A stretch of DNA of 61,952 nt from Candidatus Babelota bacterium (GTDB lineage Bacteria; Babelota; Babeliae; Babelales; UASB340): the NCBI GenBank assembly GCA_014730005.1, contig WJIY01000047.1, positions 1 to 61,952 of the forward strand. The letters run 5' to 3'. Each line of letters begins with the position of its first letter. Within the stretch, counting starts at the first letter, position 1. The translations under genes were made by a program, and so were the position numbers. Under the pieces are notes generated by a model, which saw only the letters and a program-made list of their open reading frames with translations, ran no database searches and was not told where the DNA came from. Below are positions 18,208-28,645 of this stretch, piece after piece.

Positions 18208-18480
18208 TTATTTTACCATATCTTTCAATTGTTTTCCCGGTTTGAATTTTGGAACTTTTTTTGCAGGTATATTCATTTTTTTGCCTGTTGCAGGATTTAT
18301 ACCTGTTCTTGATTTTCTTTTCATTACAGAAAATGTTCCAAAACCGGTAAGAACAATTGTCTTATTCTTTTTTAAAGAATTTCCAATTACTTTAATAAAT
18401 GATTCTAAAGCATCCTTACAAGCAGTCTTAGATAATTTACTATCTTTTGCCATCAGTTCAATCACTGCAGCTTTATTCAT
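18208..18480 (-). CDS. hup: DNA-binding protein HU
   Basis: MNKA..., GFGTF, R.GINPATG, PKFKPGKQLK. Confidence 0.96.
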   Translation of the reverse strand: MNKAAVIELMAKDSKLSKTACKDALESFIKVIGNSLKKNKTIVLTGFGTFSVMKRKSRTGINPATGKKMNIPAKKVPKFKPGKQLKDMVK

Positions 18481-18679
18481 AAAAAATTCTCCTTAACTTA
18501 AACCAGTCTAAACTGGAGAAACATCATAACAACATAAAATAACACAAAACATTCAGGTAGGTATCCTGATAATCATGCATCAAACAATTTTTGTCAAGCT
18601 GAGATTGCCTCCTAAAGGCTTTTAACAAATTAATTTAAACAACAAGATTCAAAAAATATAGACTTGTAATTTAACTTGT

Positions 18680-18767
18680 TGGTGCCGAGGGCCGGACTCG
18701 AACCGGCACAGGTTAAAAACCCGAGGGATTTTAAGTCCCTTGCGTCTACCAATTCCGCCACCCCGGC
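18680..18767 (-). tRNA. tRNA-Leu(TAA)
   Basis: Anticodon arm AGGGA-CTTAAAA-TCCCT; long variable arm; CCA. Confidence 0.96.
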
Positions 18768-18844
18768 AAAATTGTGGTTGACAATGATAGTATGTATAAT
18801 TTTTGTAAGTTATACAAATATTTTTTTTATAATTTGCTTACTTT

Positions 18845-18918
18845 TGGAGGCGGCACCCGGAATTGAACCGGGGATCGCGGTTTTGCAGACCACTGCCTTA
18901 CCACTTGGCTATGCCGCC
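18845..18918 (-). tRNA. tRNA-Cys(GCA)
   Basis: GGCGGCATAGCCAAGTGGTAAGGC...CTGCAAA...TCCA; U73 discriminator. Confidence 0.96.
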
Positions 18919-18957
18919 TTATCTAAGCCAAATTCTAATGTTATCAACCAAAATATA

Positions 18958-20328
18958 TCAAACAATTATAGAACCTATTAAATTAACAGCGCCAGCATTC
19001 TCAATTTTCACTTGCACAAACTTGTTAATTTTATCATCATTACCAGAAATCAAAACTCGAATATTACCCTCTGTTCTTGCTAAGAGTTTACCATTTGTTA
19101 AACGTTTTTCAACTAAACATTTTATAATTTTGCCCACATACCTATTATTTTGCTCTTTGCATATATCAACTTGTCTTTGTTGTAGTTTTTTTAATCTTTC
19201 TAACTTCACATCAATCGGGCATTTATCTTTAAATAATGCAGCTTTGGTATATTTACGAGGTGAATAAATAAACGAATACACATTATCAAATTTAACACTT
19301 TCTAAAACATCAACTGTTTTTTGATAATCTATTTCTGTCTCTCCAGGAAAACCAATAATTATATCGGTAGAAATTGTAGCATTAGGTAGAAGTTCACGTA
19401 TCCAATCTATTTGCTCTAAATATTTCTCAACTGTATACGTTCTATTCATTGCTTGTAAAATTTTATTTGAACCTGATTGTAAAGGATGGTGTATATAACT
19501 ACAAAGTTTATCCGAATATTGAGCCATAATTTCTAAAACATCTTTTGTCATATCTTTGGGATGTGGACTAACAAATTTAACCCAAAAATCACCCTTTATT
19601 TGTGCTACCTTTTCTAACAATTTACTAAAATTTGCATTAGATTGTGGGTCTTTATATGAATTTACATTTTGTCCGAGCAAAGTAATATCTTTAGCACCAA
19701 GCTCAACATCTCGTTTTACTCTATCTAAAATTTCATCTAATGAATAACTACTTTCTCTGCCTCGCGTAAAAGGAACAATGCAATAACTGCAATAATTATT
19801 GCATCCAGTCATTATGTTTATAAAAGATTGCTTTACCTCTTTTGTGTGATTTTTAAATCCACCGAGATGCAAAATTTTTTTATCATCCGCAATCTGTGAA
19901 CCAGTTAACGATTTACGTTTAATCAATAAATTTTGTTCCCGTGAAGATAAAGATTTAATTGTTTCAATTTTTAAAATAATATCATGTAACAAACTTTGTA
20001 ATTTATATAAATCTTCTTTTGCCCCAAAAACAAATCTTACATTATCAAATCGATTCAAAATTTCTTTTTTTCTATAACTTGCGATACATCCAATAACGCC
20101 AACCTGCAAGTATTTTTTATTTACCTTAAACTCTGCAAGTTCACCAATATATGAAAATACTTTTTGTTCGGCCTTTTCTCTAATTGCGCACGTATTAATC
20201 AAAATTAAATCTGCATGTTTTTCTTTTTCAACTCTGCAACATCCAAGATTTTGTAGATAATTAGATATTGCTTGCGAATCAGCAACATTCGCCTGACAAC
20301 CATATGTTTTTATAAAAAAATTAACCAT
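18958..20328 (-). CDS. miaB: tRNA methylthiotransferase MiaB
   Basis: TYGCQ.N, NTCAIRE.AE, CNNYCSYC radical-SAM motif, TRAM domain. Confidence 0.93.
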   Translation of the reverse strand: MVNFFIKTYGCQANVADSQAISNYLQNLGCCRVEKEKHADLILINTCAIREKAEQKVFSYIGELAEFKVNKKYLQVGVIGCIASYRKKEILNRFDNVRFVFGAKEDLYKLQSLLHDIILKIETIKSLSSREQNLLIKRKSLTGSQIADDKKILHLGGFKNHTKEVKQSFINIMTGCNNYCSYCIVPFTRGRESSYSLDEILDRVKRDVELGAKDITLLGQNVNSYKDPQSNANFSKLLEKVAQIKGDFWVKFVSPHPKDMTKDVLEIMAQYSDKLCSYIHHPLQSGSNKILQAMNRTYTVEKYLEQIDWIRELLPNATISTDIIIGFPGETEIDYQKTVDVLESVKFDNVYSFIYSPRKYTKAALFKDKCPIDVKLERLKKLQQRQVDICKEQNNRYVGKIIKCLVEKRLTNGKLLARTEGNIRVLISGNDDKINKFVQVKIENAGAVNLIGSIIV

Positions 20329-20451
20329 AAATATATACCGCTAAAAAACATCCATTTCTAAATACAAATATTCTTTTTTATTATAAACTAAAGGCATAAA
20401 GCCTCAAATCCATAAAAAAAAATTACTTTATTCACAAAAGGAGATAATTTC

Positions 20452-21141
20452 ATGAATAATCCTACTTTAAAACCATTTCCCTTAAATAAAAAACAAGATA
20501 AAATAATCCAAAAAACTAAAGTTTTTGTTAAAAACAAACGCAAAAAAGAAGGATCTGGACATGATTGGCAACATGTTTTAAGAGTATTAAAAAATGCTAT
20601 ACTTATAGGGGAAAATGAAAATATTGATATGTTTATTGTACAACTTGCTGCGCTACTTCATGATATAGCTGACTGGAAATTTCATAAAGGCGATGAAAAT
20701 ATTGGACCACAAACAGCACACAAGTTTTTAAATGAGCTCCAAATTGAAATTTCAGTTATAAATCATGTTTGCCAAATAATAAAGAATATTTCATTTAAAG
20801 GTCAAAATGTTAAAACTGAAATGCAAACAAAAGAAGGTGAAGTTGTACAAGATGCAGATCGATTAGATGCTATTGGAGCAATTGGAATTGCAAGAACTTT
20901 TGCATACGGTGGGTTTACAAAGCGTGAAATTTATAATCCCGAAATAAAACCACAAATACATCAAACTTTTGAAGAATATAAAAACAACCAAAATCCAACT
21001 ATCAATCATTTTTATGAAAAATTGCTGTTACTAAAAAATCGAATGAATACAAAAACAGGACGGCAAATAGCACAAGAAAGACATTTGTTTATGGAAAAAT
21101 TTTTAAATCAATTTTATCAGGAAATCGAAGGAAAATTATAA
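20452..21141 (+). CDS. HD-domain phosphohydrolase (YedJ/YpgQ-like)
   Basis: GHDWQH, LLHDIAD, VQDADRLDAIGAIG, HFYEKLL. Confidence 0.92.
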   Translation: MNNPTLKPFPLNKKQDKIIQKTKVFVKNKRKKEGSGHDWQHVLRVLKNAILIGENENIDMFIVQLAALLHDIADWKFHKGDENIGPQTAHKFLNELQIEISVINHVCQIIKNISFKGQNVKTEMQTKEGEVVQDADRLDAIGAIGIARTFAYGGFTKREIYNPEIKPQIHQTFEEYKNNQNPTINHFYEKLLLLKNRMNTKTGRQIAQERHLFMEKFLNQFYQEIEGKL

Positions 21142-22272
21142 ATGGCTATTCAAGCAGGGCTAGTTGGATTACCCAACGTTGGAAAATCTACATTATTTAA
21201 TGCGCTCACAAAAGCAGGAATTCCTGCACAAAATTATCCTTTTTGTACCGTTGATCCACATGTAGCAATAACAGAGGTACCAGATGAACGCTTAAACAAA
21301 TTAGCAAAAATTTTCAATTCACAAAAAATTGTTCCTTCAACGGTTCAATTCGTCGATATTGCTGGTCTTGTTAAAGGAGCTGCGCAAGGTGAAGGATTGG
21401 GTAATCAATTCCTTGGAAATATTATGAGCGTAGACTTGATTTTACACATCGTTCGTTGTTTTCAAGATAATAATATCACTCATGTTCACAATAAAATAGA
21501 TCCGCTCGAAGATCTTGAAATAATAAATGCAGAATTAATGCTTAAGGATTTAGAATCTCTAGAAAAACGCGAAGAAAAAGTTAATAATAGTTTGCGCACA
21601 GCAAAAAATAGAAATTTATCAACACATGAAATTAAAGAACTTGAAAAAGAAAAAGAATTAATAGAAAAAGCAAAAAATGCTCTACAAACAGCAAACATTC
21701 TTGAAATACAAAAAATAATAAATGAATACAAAGAAAATGAAATTGAAACAATTCCATTATTAAGTGCAAAAAATTTTTTGATTATTGCAAATCTATCTGA
21801 AGATGAAATGAACAATTATGACTATAAAAATAACTCAAATTACAAAACTTTAATTGAAAAATTTGGAGAATCTAAAGTTATACCTATAAGTGCAAAAATA
21901 GAAGAAGAATTGGCACAATTAGATGATGAAGATAAAAAACTAATGCTACAAGATTTAGGTATTTCAAAAAGCGGTTTACCTGAAATCATCCAAAAAGCAT
22001 ATATAAATTTAGGAATGATAACCTTTTTTACTGCGGGGCCAAAAGAATCGCATGCTTGGAGTATTAAAGAAAATACAAAAATACCACAAGCTGCTGGAAC
22101 AATACACTCTGATATGCAACGCGGTTTTATTTGTGCTGAAGTTTATAATTGCAACGACTTATTTGAATTAAAAACAGAGGCGGCACTAAAAAATGCAGGT
22201 AAAATTCGCACTGAAGGAAGAGAATATATTGTCCAAGATGGTGATGTTTTACTAATTAGATTCAATGTATAA
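21142..22272 (+). CDS. ychF: Ribosome-binding ATPase YchF
   Basis: GLPNVGKST, NYPFCT, DIAGLVKGA, TGS domain. Confidence 0.97.
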   Translation: MAIQAGLVGLPNVGKSTLFNALTKAGIPAQNYPFCTVDPHVAITEVPDERLNKLAKIFNSQKIVPSTVQFVDIAGLVKGAAQGEGLGNQFLGNIMSVDLILHIVRCFQDNNITHVHNKIDPLEDLEIINAELMLKDLESLEKREEKVNNSLRTAKNRNLSTHEIKELEKEKELIEKAKNALQTANILEIQKIINEYKENEIETIPLLSAKNFLIIANLSEDEMNNYDYKNNSNYKTLIEKFGESKVIPISAKIEEELAQLDDEDKKLMLQDLGISKSGLPEIIQKAYINLGMITFFTAGPKESHAWSIKENTKIPQAAGTIHSDMQRGFICAEVYNCNDLFELKTEAALKNAGKIRTEGREYIVQDGDVLLIRFNV

Positions 22273-22363
22273 TTTTTTTTAAAAAAAATATTGTTTTTTG
22301 ACAAAAATAATATAAAATCAACCAATCTTTTTTTAAATCAAAGCTTTAATTTTAAGGGAAAAT

Positions 22364-23368
22364 ATGTACCTCAAAAATATTTTAAAATTAATCTTATTAA
22401 CTTTATTTCTATATACATACAACTTTTCTTATAATTACGATCATTTTCAAAAGGTTCTTGAATTCGTAAATTATGAAGATAAAACAAATAACAATTTAAC
22501 AAACCTTGATCTTACAGGTGCTCCACTTAAAGGTTTAAATTTGACCGGTGCAAACTTTGAAGGTACAAATTTCACCGGAGCAGATTTACGTCGAACAATT
22601 TGGAACGACAGCGAAATTAATCAAAATAATCACATCGAAACTATTCTTAATTGGAACAATCTTTCACAAACAATTTTAGATCATGCAAGATTTGATGAAG
22701 CAAAATTACATAAAATAATAATAATCAATGCCTCAGCAACAAATGCTAATTTCAGAAATGTTGAATTTAAAAATTCAATATTAAAAAAAATAACCTTTGA
22801 AAATTCTAAAATGCAAAATTCTTACTGGGAAAATACTAATATTAAAAAATTAAATTTAGACAATGTAGATCTTAGTAATTCTATTTTTAAAAATATCATA
22901 TTAACAGGAATCATTTGCAAAAATAATACTATTTTAAAAAATACAAAATGGTCAACTAATATATTACATTCTGTGAATATAAATAATATTAATTTAGAAA
23001 ATGATTATGAAACAGCATTAAACTATTCACGTATAATTGAATTCCAAAATATTCGTTCAATTTTAGGATACTTTCATAATATTATTGATGAATTTGTAAA
23101 TCATTTAACAGAAGAAGAAGAACCAACAGAAACAAATCTAGATTTTTGTAAAACTAATTTACCTTTTCCAAAAAAAATTTTTAAAGATTCAAGATGCCCA
23201 ATATGTTTAGTAGACTTTGAAGATTGTGAGCAAATAGCAGTAATATCTTGTGGGCATACTTTTCATCAAGAATGCATTAATCGTGCATTAAATATTCACC
23301 ACAATTTATGTCCTTCCTGCAAATCAATAGAAATTTCAGGATACAAACCTATTAAATATTTTAGTTAA
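22364..23368 (+). CDS. Secreted pentapeptide-repeat + RING-H2 protein (candidate E3 ligase effector)
   Basis: Signal peptide; LTGAN/FEGTN/FTGAD repeats; CPIC-x14-CGHTFHQEC-x11-CPSC. Confidence 0.88.
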   Translation: MYLKNILKLILLTLFLYTYNFSYNYDHFQKVLEFVNYEDKTNNNLTNLDLTGAPLKGLNLTGANFEGTNFTGADLRRTIWNDSEINQNNHIETILNWNNLSQTILDHARFDEAKLHKIIIINASATNANFRNVEFKNSILKKITFENSKMQNSYWENTNIKKLNLDNVDLSNSIFKNIILTGIICKNNTILKNTKWSTNILHSVNINNINLENDYETALNYSRIIEFQNIRSILGYFHNIIDEFVNHLTEEEEPTETNLDFCKTNLPFPKKIFKDSRCPICLVDFEDCEQIAVISCGHTFHQECINRALNIHHNLCPSCKSIEISGYKPIKYFS

Positions 23369-23457
23369 AATATTTAAGGAACTGAATTTTTTTATTATCT
23401 TATTTTCTTTTTTTAGTTAATGTCACTTAAGAAAAAACGGCTCTTTTTATATCTTCA

Positions 23458-26400
23458 CTAACAAAATGTTGTTGGCTTATAACCTTTTTCATTTAATAAA
23501 TTTAAAATTTTTTCTGCAATGGATGTAATAGTATCACTTTTACTTTCCATGGAATATTTTGCAATTTCATATGCATATGAATAACCTGCTTTGAAATTGT
23601 TTTTAATTAAATATTCAATATAATTATATAATTCTTTATATTTAATTGAAAGTTTCTTACTTTGGTTTTCTAATTTTTTATATATTTTTTTTTTTGTTTC
23701 TCTAAGCATTTCTAATACCATTTTTGTTGAAAGGTCCTTTTTTTCAATTAAATCAAATAAATCCTTCAATTTAATGTCTAAATTTATCGGATCATTTGAT
23801 CTCCATTCATCTTTTCTTATTAAAGATATAAGTAATATTTCATGCAGATAATTATCAACCTTTTTATAATCATTATTTAAAAGCTCCCTAAGAATACAAC
23901 ATGCCAAACTTTGTAATGATAAATGCCCAATCTTAGCTATGTAGTCATTATGATTAAGAGCTTTCATTGCCACATCAAGTGATAATTCGTATATTGCCTC
24001 ACACTTTTTTTTTCCAACAAGATAATTTAATATCGATAGTAAAAAAATATTTTTTGAGTCAATATCGATATTTAATAATTTATCTGCAATCATATTTGGA
24101 TCCCAAAAATCATTATACAGTGCATCTATAAAAATAGGTTTTACGTCTACAGTTGTAGCTCGTATTATATATTCCAAATAAGCATTGAAATTTTTCAAGG
24201 GCATGAACTCATTTATTTGTAATGTAAATGTTAATTCATTTGGTCCTATCAAGTTAGTTTTCAATACTCTTCCATCACAAAACAAAAATATTAATTTTGA
24301 AAAATCATTTATATTGTCCCATCTACCTCTTGCTTGGCCACAAAAGCTTATTTTTAATTCGATACTTTCTTTTTGCTTTTTATTGAAATTTATTTCAAAA
24401 ACAACACTATGATTACGTAAGGGCAAATTATATCTTGCTTGCATTTTTTCATTTTCAAATGAAATACTTAAAAAATACGATTTTTGAATAGTATAATAAA
24501 TATCATAAGAAATTGAATCTGTATAACTAGGCAAAAAACCATTTAATGGGGTAAGAAGTATATTTTCTAATTTTTTAAACAATTCTGGTTTTTCAATATT
24601 ATTTTTTAAAATACATTTCAACAATATTCCAGATATTATTAATAAATTCTGATGAATCAATGTAAATATATCTTCAGCTGTTTGAGGTAGATTTAGAGAA
24701 ATATTTGTTGCACTTCCAAGAACAGAATTTACAACACTGAAACTAAGTGAAGGATTTAATTGATCTATTGAATCAGATACTTTATTATTTAAAATATCTT
24801 CTAGTATTTCAAAATATTTTTCCTTTGTATAAGTTTCACTACCCTCTTCACAATATTTAATTGCGCCATTGGGTACAAACAATAATGTTATTTTTTGTAA
24901 CTCAAAATATACTTTCAACATTCGTTTAAAATTAATAACCTTTTGAATATAATCTGAATATTCATTAGAGCCCTTTAAAGTTTTAATAGATCTATCAAAT
25001 ACATCAATTAATTTCTCCATTACTACTAAAGTAATTATTTTTAAGAGTTGGTCATTTTTGTTTAAAAATATGTTTTTTAAATTTGGGCTTTTAAAAAAAT
25101 TAACAAAATTATTTTGTAATTTATTTAATTGAAATTCAAAGTTTTGTGGTTTTTCCCAAACAGATAATTCGTATAAATCGAGTTCTATTTTTTTATCATA
25201 AACTTCTTTTAGAATAGATTCAGATTTTAATTCTTTAAATATATTTGTTAAAAAATTAGCTTCATCTTGGTTTTGATTGAAATATAGATTTATAAAAGTT
25301 GGAAATATTGCAAATTTATTAATTAATTCAATTAATTTTAATAATTGTTTTCGGTTATTAGTATTTTTTTGTATAAACTTAATCCATTTATTCTCTAAAT
25401 TTTTGGTAAAAGCAACTTGGTATCCTTGATATGCAATTTCAAACAGCCTTTCATCATCCATTAGTTGTTGATTAATTATATTTTGTTTCTCTGCAATAAA
25501 TTTCTTTTTATCTTCATAATCCCTACAAAGTTCTACAAAAGAATAATCATCTACATTTAAATTATCTTTTTCTTGAAATAAAATGGCTTGTAATATATTT
25601 ATTAAATATAATTTTTGTAAAAGAATTAAATTGTGATCTACAATTTGTTCTTTAATATTTAAAATAGAATTGTAAATATTTTTCATTTTGTTTTTTAACT
25701 CTTGGAATACTTTTTTGTCATTTTCAACTTCTAATATTTTTTTTCCAATGCGTAATAAAATACTTTGCATTATTTGCTCTTGGATATTTGAGTTATGATC
25801 ATCGCGTAACAAATCAATCAAATTTTCAATGCTCAAATTATTGTAGTAATCACATACATCAGTAGAATGAAGACTTTGTTGTGAGATGTAATCACAAGGT
25901 ATTGTAAATTTTCCTGGTATAGGATGTTTATAAAAACCCTTTTTTATGCTTAGACTATCTGATTCAACAATTAAACCTCTTTGCAAGTCAATCCATAAAC
26001 AAAAATTTTCTTTGTTAATTACTTGTCTTAGTTTTTCAATTCCTTTTGTTACCAAAACTGCTTTACCTGCACCTCTAAATATTGCAGCTGCATGTGAAGT
26101 CGCTTCGGCTTGACCTTCTACAACAATTACATCTACTGAGTTAGCATCAAATTCGGGTTTATTAAATTGTTTAAGTGCATTTTCTAATGTATCAGCAATA
26201 ATTATTTGCTTACAGGCAGTTATTGTTTTAACTTTACAATCAGCCGGTATTATTGTTGAAGATTTTATTATTTTTTCATTTGATATATTTTGAACATCTT
26301 GGATATATTCTGGAGCTAATTTTTTTTCAATTATCAATGGTCTGGCTTGAACCAAGTAAATGGTTTTTGAACTTGGTTTATATATTAATTCAATATCCAT

Positions 26401-27684
26401 TACTTTTCCGTAAAGATTATGTATTGCATCCGCAACCTTTTTTATTGCCAAAATGGCTTTGTTATCTAATGATGGTGAATTTTTAATTTCTGATGAATTG
26501 CTTTTATATCCTAAACCATATTTACCTTTGTAATAAATTGGTACTATTCTTTTATCTTTTGTTTTTAAGATTTTATTAATTTGATTATTAGGTCCTACAT
26601 AGAAGGTATCTATCGCAACTTTATTATCTACCACTCCCTCATTGTGTCCAAATGATGCTTGTATCATTGTAATTCCTGGAGTATTTGCATATGGTTCTTG
26701 AGTATATATTACACAACTAACTGGAATATCAGCAACTTTATCGGCTCCACCCAACTTTTCTCCAATCATTCGTTGAAGCAAAATTGGTATTGATGGTTTT
26801 TGAAATAAACTTTCATTTTGTTCTCCCGACTTTTGTCGTTGTACCAGTGATTTTGAACTAAGATATGATGAAATTACATTTAAAATAGCTTTTTCTATAT
26901 CATTTGAATTAGGATTTACATTTGATTGACTAAAATTTCCTCCAGCATTTGACAAATCATCATTGTCTTCTTTTCCTGTACTTCGAACCATTATTTTCCA
27001 ATTATTTTCATTCGCAGTATTTAAAAACAATTTTATTTTTTTACTCGACAAAATATTTGAAGTTCCTTGAATAATTTTTTTTGATGAATTGTTTAATTTC
27101 ATTCTTTTAGATGGGTATTTTTTTTCAATGTTATTAATTTTTCTTTTTTTATTTTTTTTGTCCAACTTTGAACTTTGTGTTAATCGATACGGTTGCCCTA
27201 TATGTTTTAACGTTTGAATTTGATTAGCTACTCCACTCAGCATGGAAATTAAAAATAAATTTTTAGTTTCTTCACTTATAAATTCTTTATTTTCTTTTTT
27301 AGCTTGCTCATTAAATTCATTAAATATATCTTTACAATTATTTACACCATTATAAATTGAAGAAACATTAAAATATCTAGATTTTAGAATTTGATTCGAT
27401 TCTTCGTTAGAAATTGTTACAAAATCTGGAATTTGAATTGTTATCCCAGAATTATTTAATATATTGTTTAAAACTGCTTCATTTTGTTTCAAAAAAAACA
27501 AATTTGCTGCTTTATTTCCAAAATTATCTGCATATTCATTAGTATAGGTAGGCGCCATCGTAGTAGTTGATAATGATACTTTATCATCGTAAATATACAT
27601 TGCATTAATAGGTAATAAGATAAAACTTGATACTAATAAAATCGATAATAAAATAAGATGATATAATTTTTTTGAACTCTTCAT
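23458..27684 (-). CDS. Large secreted dikinase-fold protein (PPDK_N ATP-grasp + phospho-His swivel + unknown helical C-terminus)
   Basis: Signal peptide; GNKAANL, VRSTGKED, NAGGN, QASFGHNEGVV, DIE..IYLVQARP, TSHAAAIFR align with PpsA motifs in this window; no PEP-binding barrel. Confidence 0.82.
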   Translation of the reverse strand: MKSSKKLYHLILLSILLVSSFILLPINAMYIYDDKVSLSTTTMAPTYTNEYADNFGNKAANLFFLKQNEAVLNNILNNSGITIQIPDFVTISNEESNQILKSRYFNVSSIYNGVNNCKDIFNEFNEQAKKENKEFISEETKNLFLISMLSGVANQIQTLKHIGQPYRLTQSSKLDKKNKKRKINNIEKKYPSKRMKLNNSSKKIIQGTSNILSSKKIKLFLNTANENNWKIMVRSTGKEDNDDLSNAGGNFSQSNVNPNSNDIEKAILNVISSYLSSKSLVQRQKSGEQNESLFQKPSIPILLQRMIGEKLGGADKVADIPVSCVIYTQEPYANTPGITMIQASFGHNEGVVDNKVAIDTFYVGPNNQINKILKTKDKRIVPIYYKGKYGLGYKSNSSEIKNSPSLDNKAILAIKKVADAIHNLYGKVMDIELIYKPSSKTIYLVQARPLIIEKKLAPEYIQDVQNISNEKIIKSSTIIPADCKVKTITACKQIIIADTLENALKQFNKPEFDANSVDVIVVEGQAEATSHAAAIFRGAGKAVLVTKGIEKLRQVINKENFCLWIDLQRGLIVESDSLSIKKGFYKHPIPGKFTIPCDYISQQSLHSTDVCDYYNNLSIENLIDLLRDDHNSNIQEQIMQSILLRIGKKILEVENDKKVFQELKNKMKNIYNSILNIKEQIVDHNLILLQKLYLINILQAILFQEKDNLNVDDYSFVELCRDYEDKKKFIAEKQNIINQQLMDDERLFEIAYQGYQVAFTKNLENKWIKFIQKNTNNRKQLLKLIELINKFAIFPTFINLYFNQNQDEANFLTNIFKELKSESILKEVYDKKIELDLYELSVWEKPQNFEFQLNKLQNNFVNFFKSPNLKNIFLNKNDQLLKIITLVVMEKLIDVFDRSIKTLKGSNEYSDYIQKVINFKRMLKVYFELQKITLLFVPNGAIKYCEEGSETYTKEKYFEILEDILNNKVSDSIDQLNPSLSFSVVNSVLGSATNISLNLPQTAEDIFTLIHQNLLIISGILLKCILKNNIEKPELFKKLENILLTPLNGFLPSYTDSISYDIYYTIQKSYFLSISFENEKMQARYNLPLRNHSVVFEINFNKKQKESIELKISFCGQARGRWDNINDFSKLIFLFCDGRVLKTNLIGPNELTFTLQINEFMPLKNFNAYLEYIIRATTVDVKPIFIDALYNDFWDPNMIADKLLNIDIDSKNIFLLSILNYLVGKKKCEAIYELSLDVAMKALNHNDYIAKIGHLSLQSLACCILRELLNNDYKKVDNYLHEILLISLIRKDEWRSNDPINLDIKLKDLFDLIEKKDLSTKMVLEMLRETKKKIYKKLENQSKKLSIKYKELYNYIEYLIKNNFKAGYSYAYEIAKYSMESKSDTITSIAEKILNLLNEKGYKPTTFC

Positions 27685-27886
27685 AATATAACCTCACCAT
27701 TTGCTATACATTCTAACAATTTATTATATATTTATATTAAAGATTAAATAATAATTGCACAAAAGCCCGAATCAATAAGATACAATTTCGTTACTTTTTG
27801 AAGTTTTTTTAAGATAAAAAGCAATTTTTCATTCATTTTAATCATTTTTAAAATTTCATAATTTTTAAACTTATTCGATTTAAAAA

Positions 27887-28645
27887 TTACAAACCCGTTG
27901 GTATATCCATAAATTCTGTTGCTATATCAAATTTATCTTTTATAAGATCCGCCAAAGCTTTTACTCCAACAGTTTCTGTAGCATGATGTCCAGCACAAAT
28001 AACATTAAATTTAGCATCTTTAACCACATGATAAAATTCAGTTGAATCTCCAGTTAAATAAAAATCAACGTCAGCATTAATAGCTTCTGTAAGTTGCGGA
28101 TAACCTCCCCCGCCAGAACAAACTGCCATGGTTTTTATTTCTTTTTTTCCAAAAGGCAAAACTTTACAAGTTGCTCCAAGCTCTTCTTCTAAAATTTCCC
28201 TAATTTTCTGAATTGTTTTTGGCTCATCTGCTTTGCCTGTAAAACTTATATTTTGTCCATCATAAAATGCAAATGGTTTATCTATATTAAAACCTAAAAG
28301 TTTTAACAGTTGTACATTATTTCCAACTTCAGGATGTTTATCCAAAGGAAGATGCGATGCATATAAAGAAATATTATTTTTGATCAAAAAATCAACACGA
28401 TCAAAGTTATAACTTGTTAAGTTTGGATTAACCCCCTTCCAAAATAAACCATGATGTACAACAATCATATCAGCTTGAATATCTACAGCCTTTTTAAAAG
28501 TTTCCATACCAGCCGTTACTGCAAACATTATTTTTTTTATATTTTTTCTTCCCTGAACTTGTAAACCATTAAAAGATGCATCTTTAACATTTTTAATATC
28601 AAGATAATTATCCAAAAAATTTACCAGCTCATTTAATGTTTGCAT
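27887..28645 (-). CDS. Nif3-like dinuclear metal centre protein (YbgI family)
   Basis: NGLQV, VHHGLFW, HLPLDKH, GNN, GHHATE. Confidence 0.93.
   Translation of the reverse strand: MQTLNELVNFLDNYLDIKNVKDASFNGLQVQGRKNIKKIMFAVTAGMETFKKAVDIQADMIVVHHGLFWKGVNPNLTSYNFDRVDFLIKNNISLYASHLPLDKHPEVGNNVQLLKLLGFNIDKPFAFYDGQNISFTGKADEPKTIQKIREILEEELGATCKVLPFGKKEIKTMAVCSGGGGYPQLTEAINADVDFYLTGDSTEFYHVVKDAKFNVICAGHHATETVGVKALADLIKDKFDIATEFMDIPTGL

Noticed and set aside
18778-18800. TTGACA...TATAAT between tRNA-Leu and tRNA-Cys
   Set aside because: Spacer is only 11 bp and it points antisense to the tRNAs
18676-19267. Plus-strand ORFs of 101 and 134 aa
   Set aside because: Antisense shadows of tRNA-Leu, tRNA-Cys and miaB
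23458-27684. Second ppsA
   Set aside because: Lacks the C-terminal PEP/pyruvate-binding motifs and has a signal peptide; reported instead as a dikinase-fold protein
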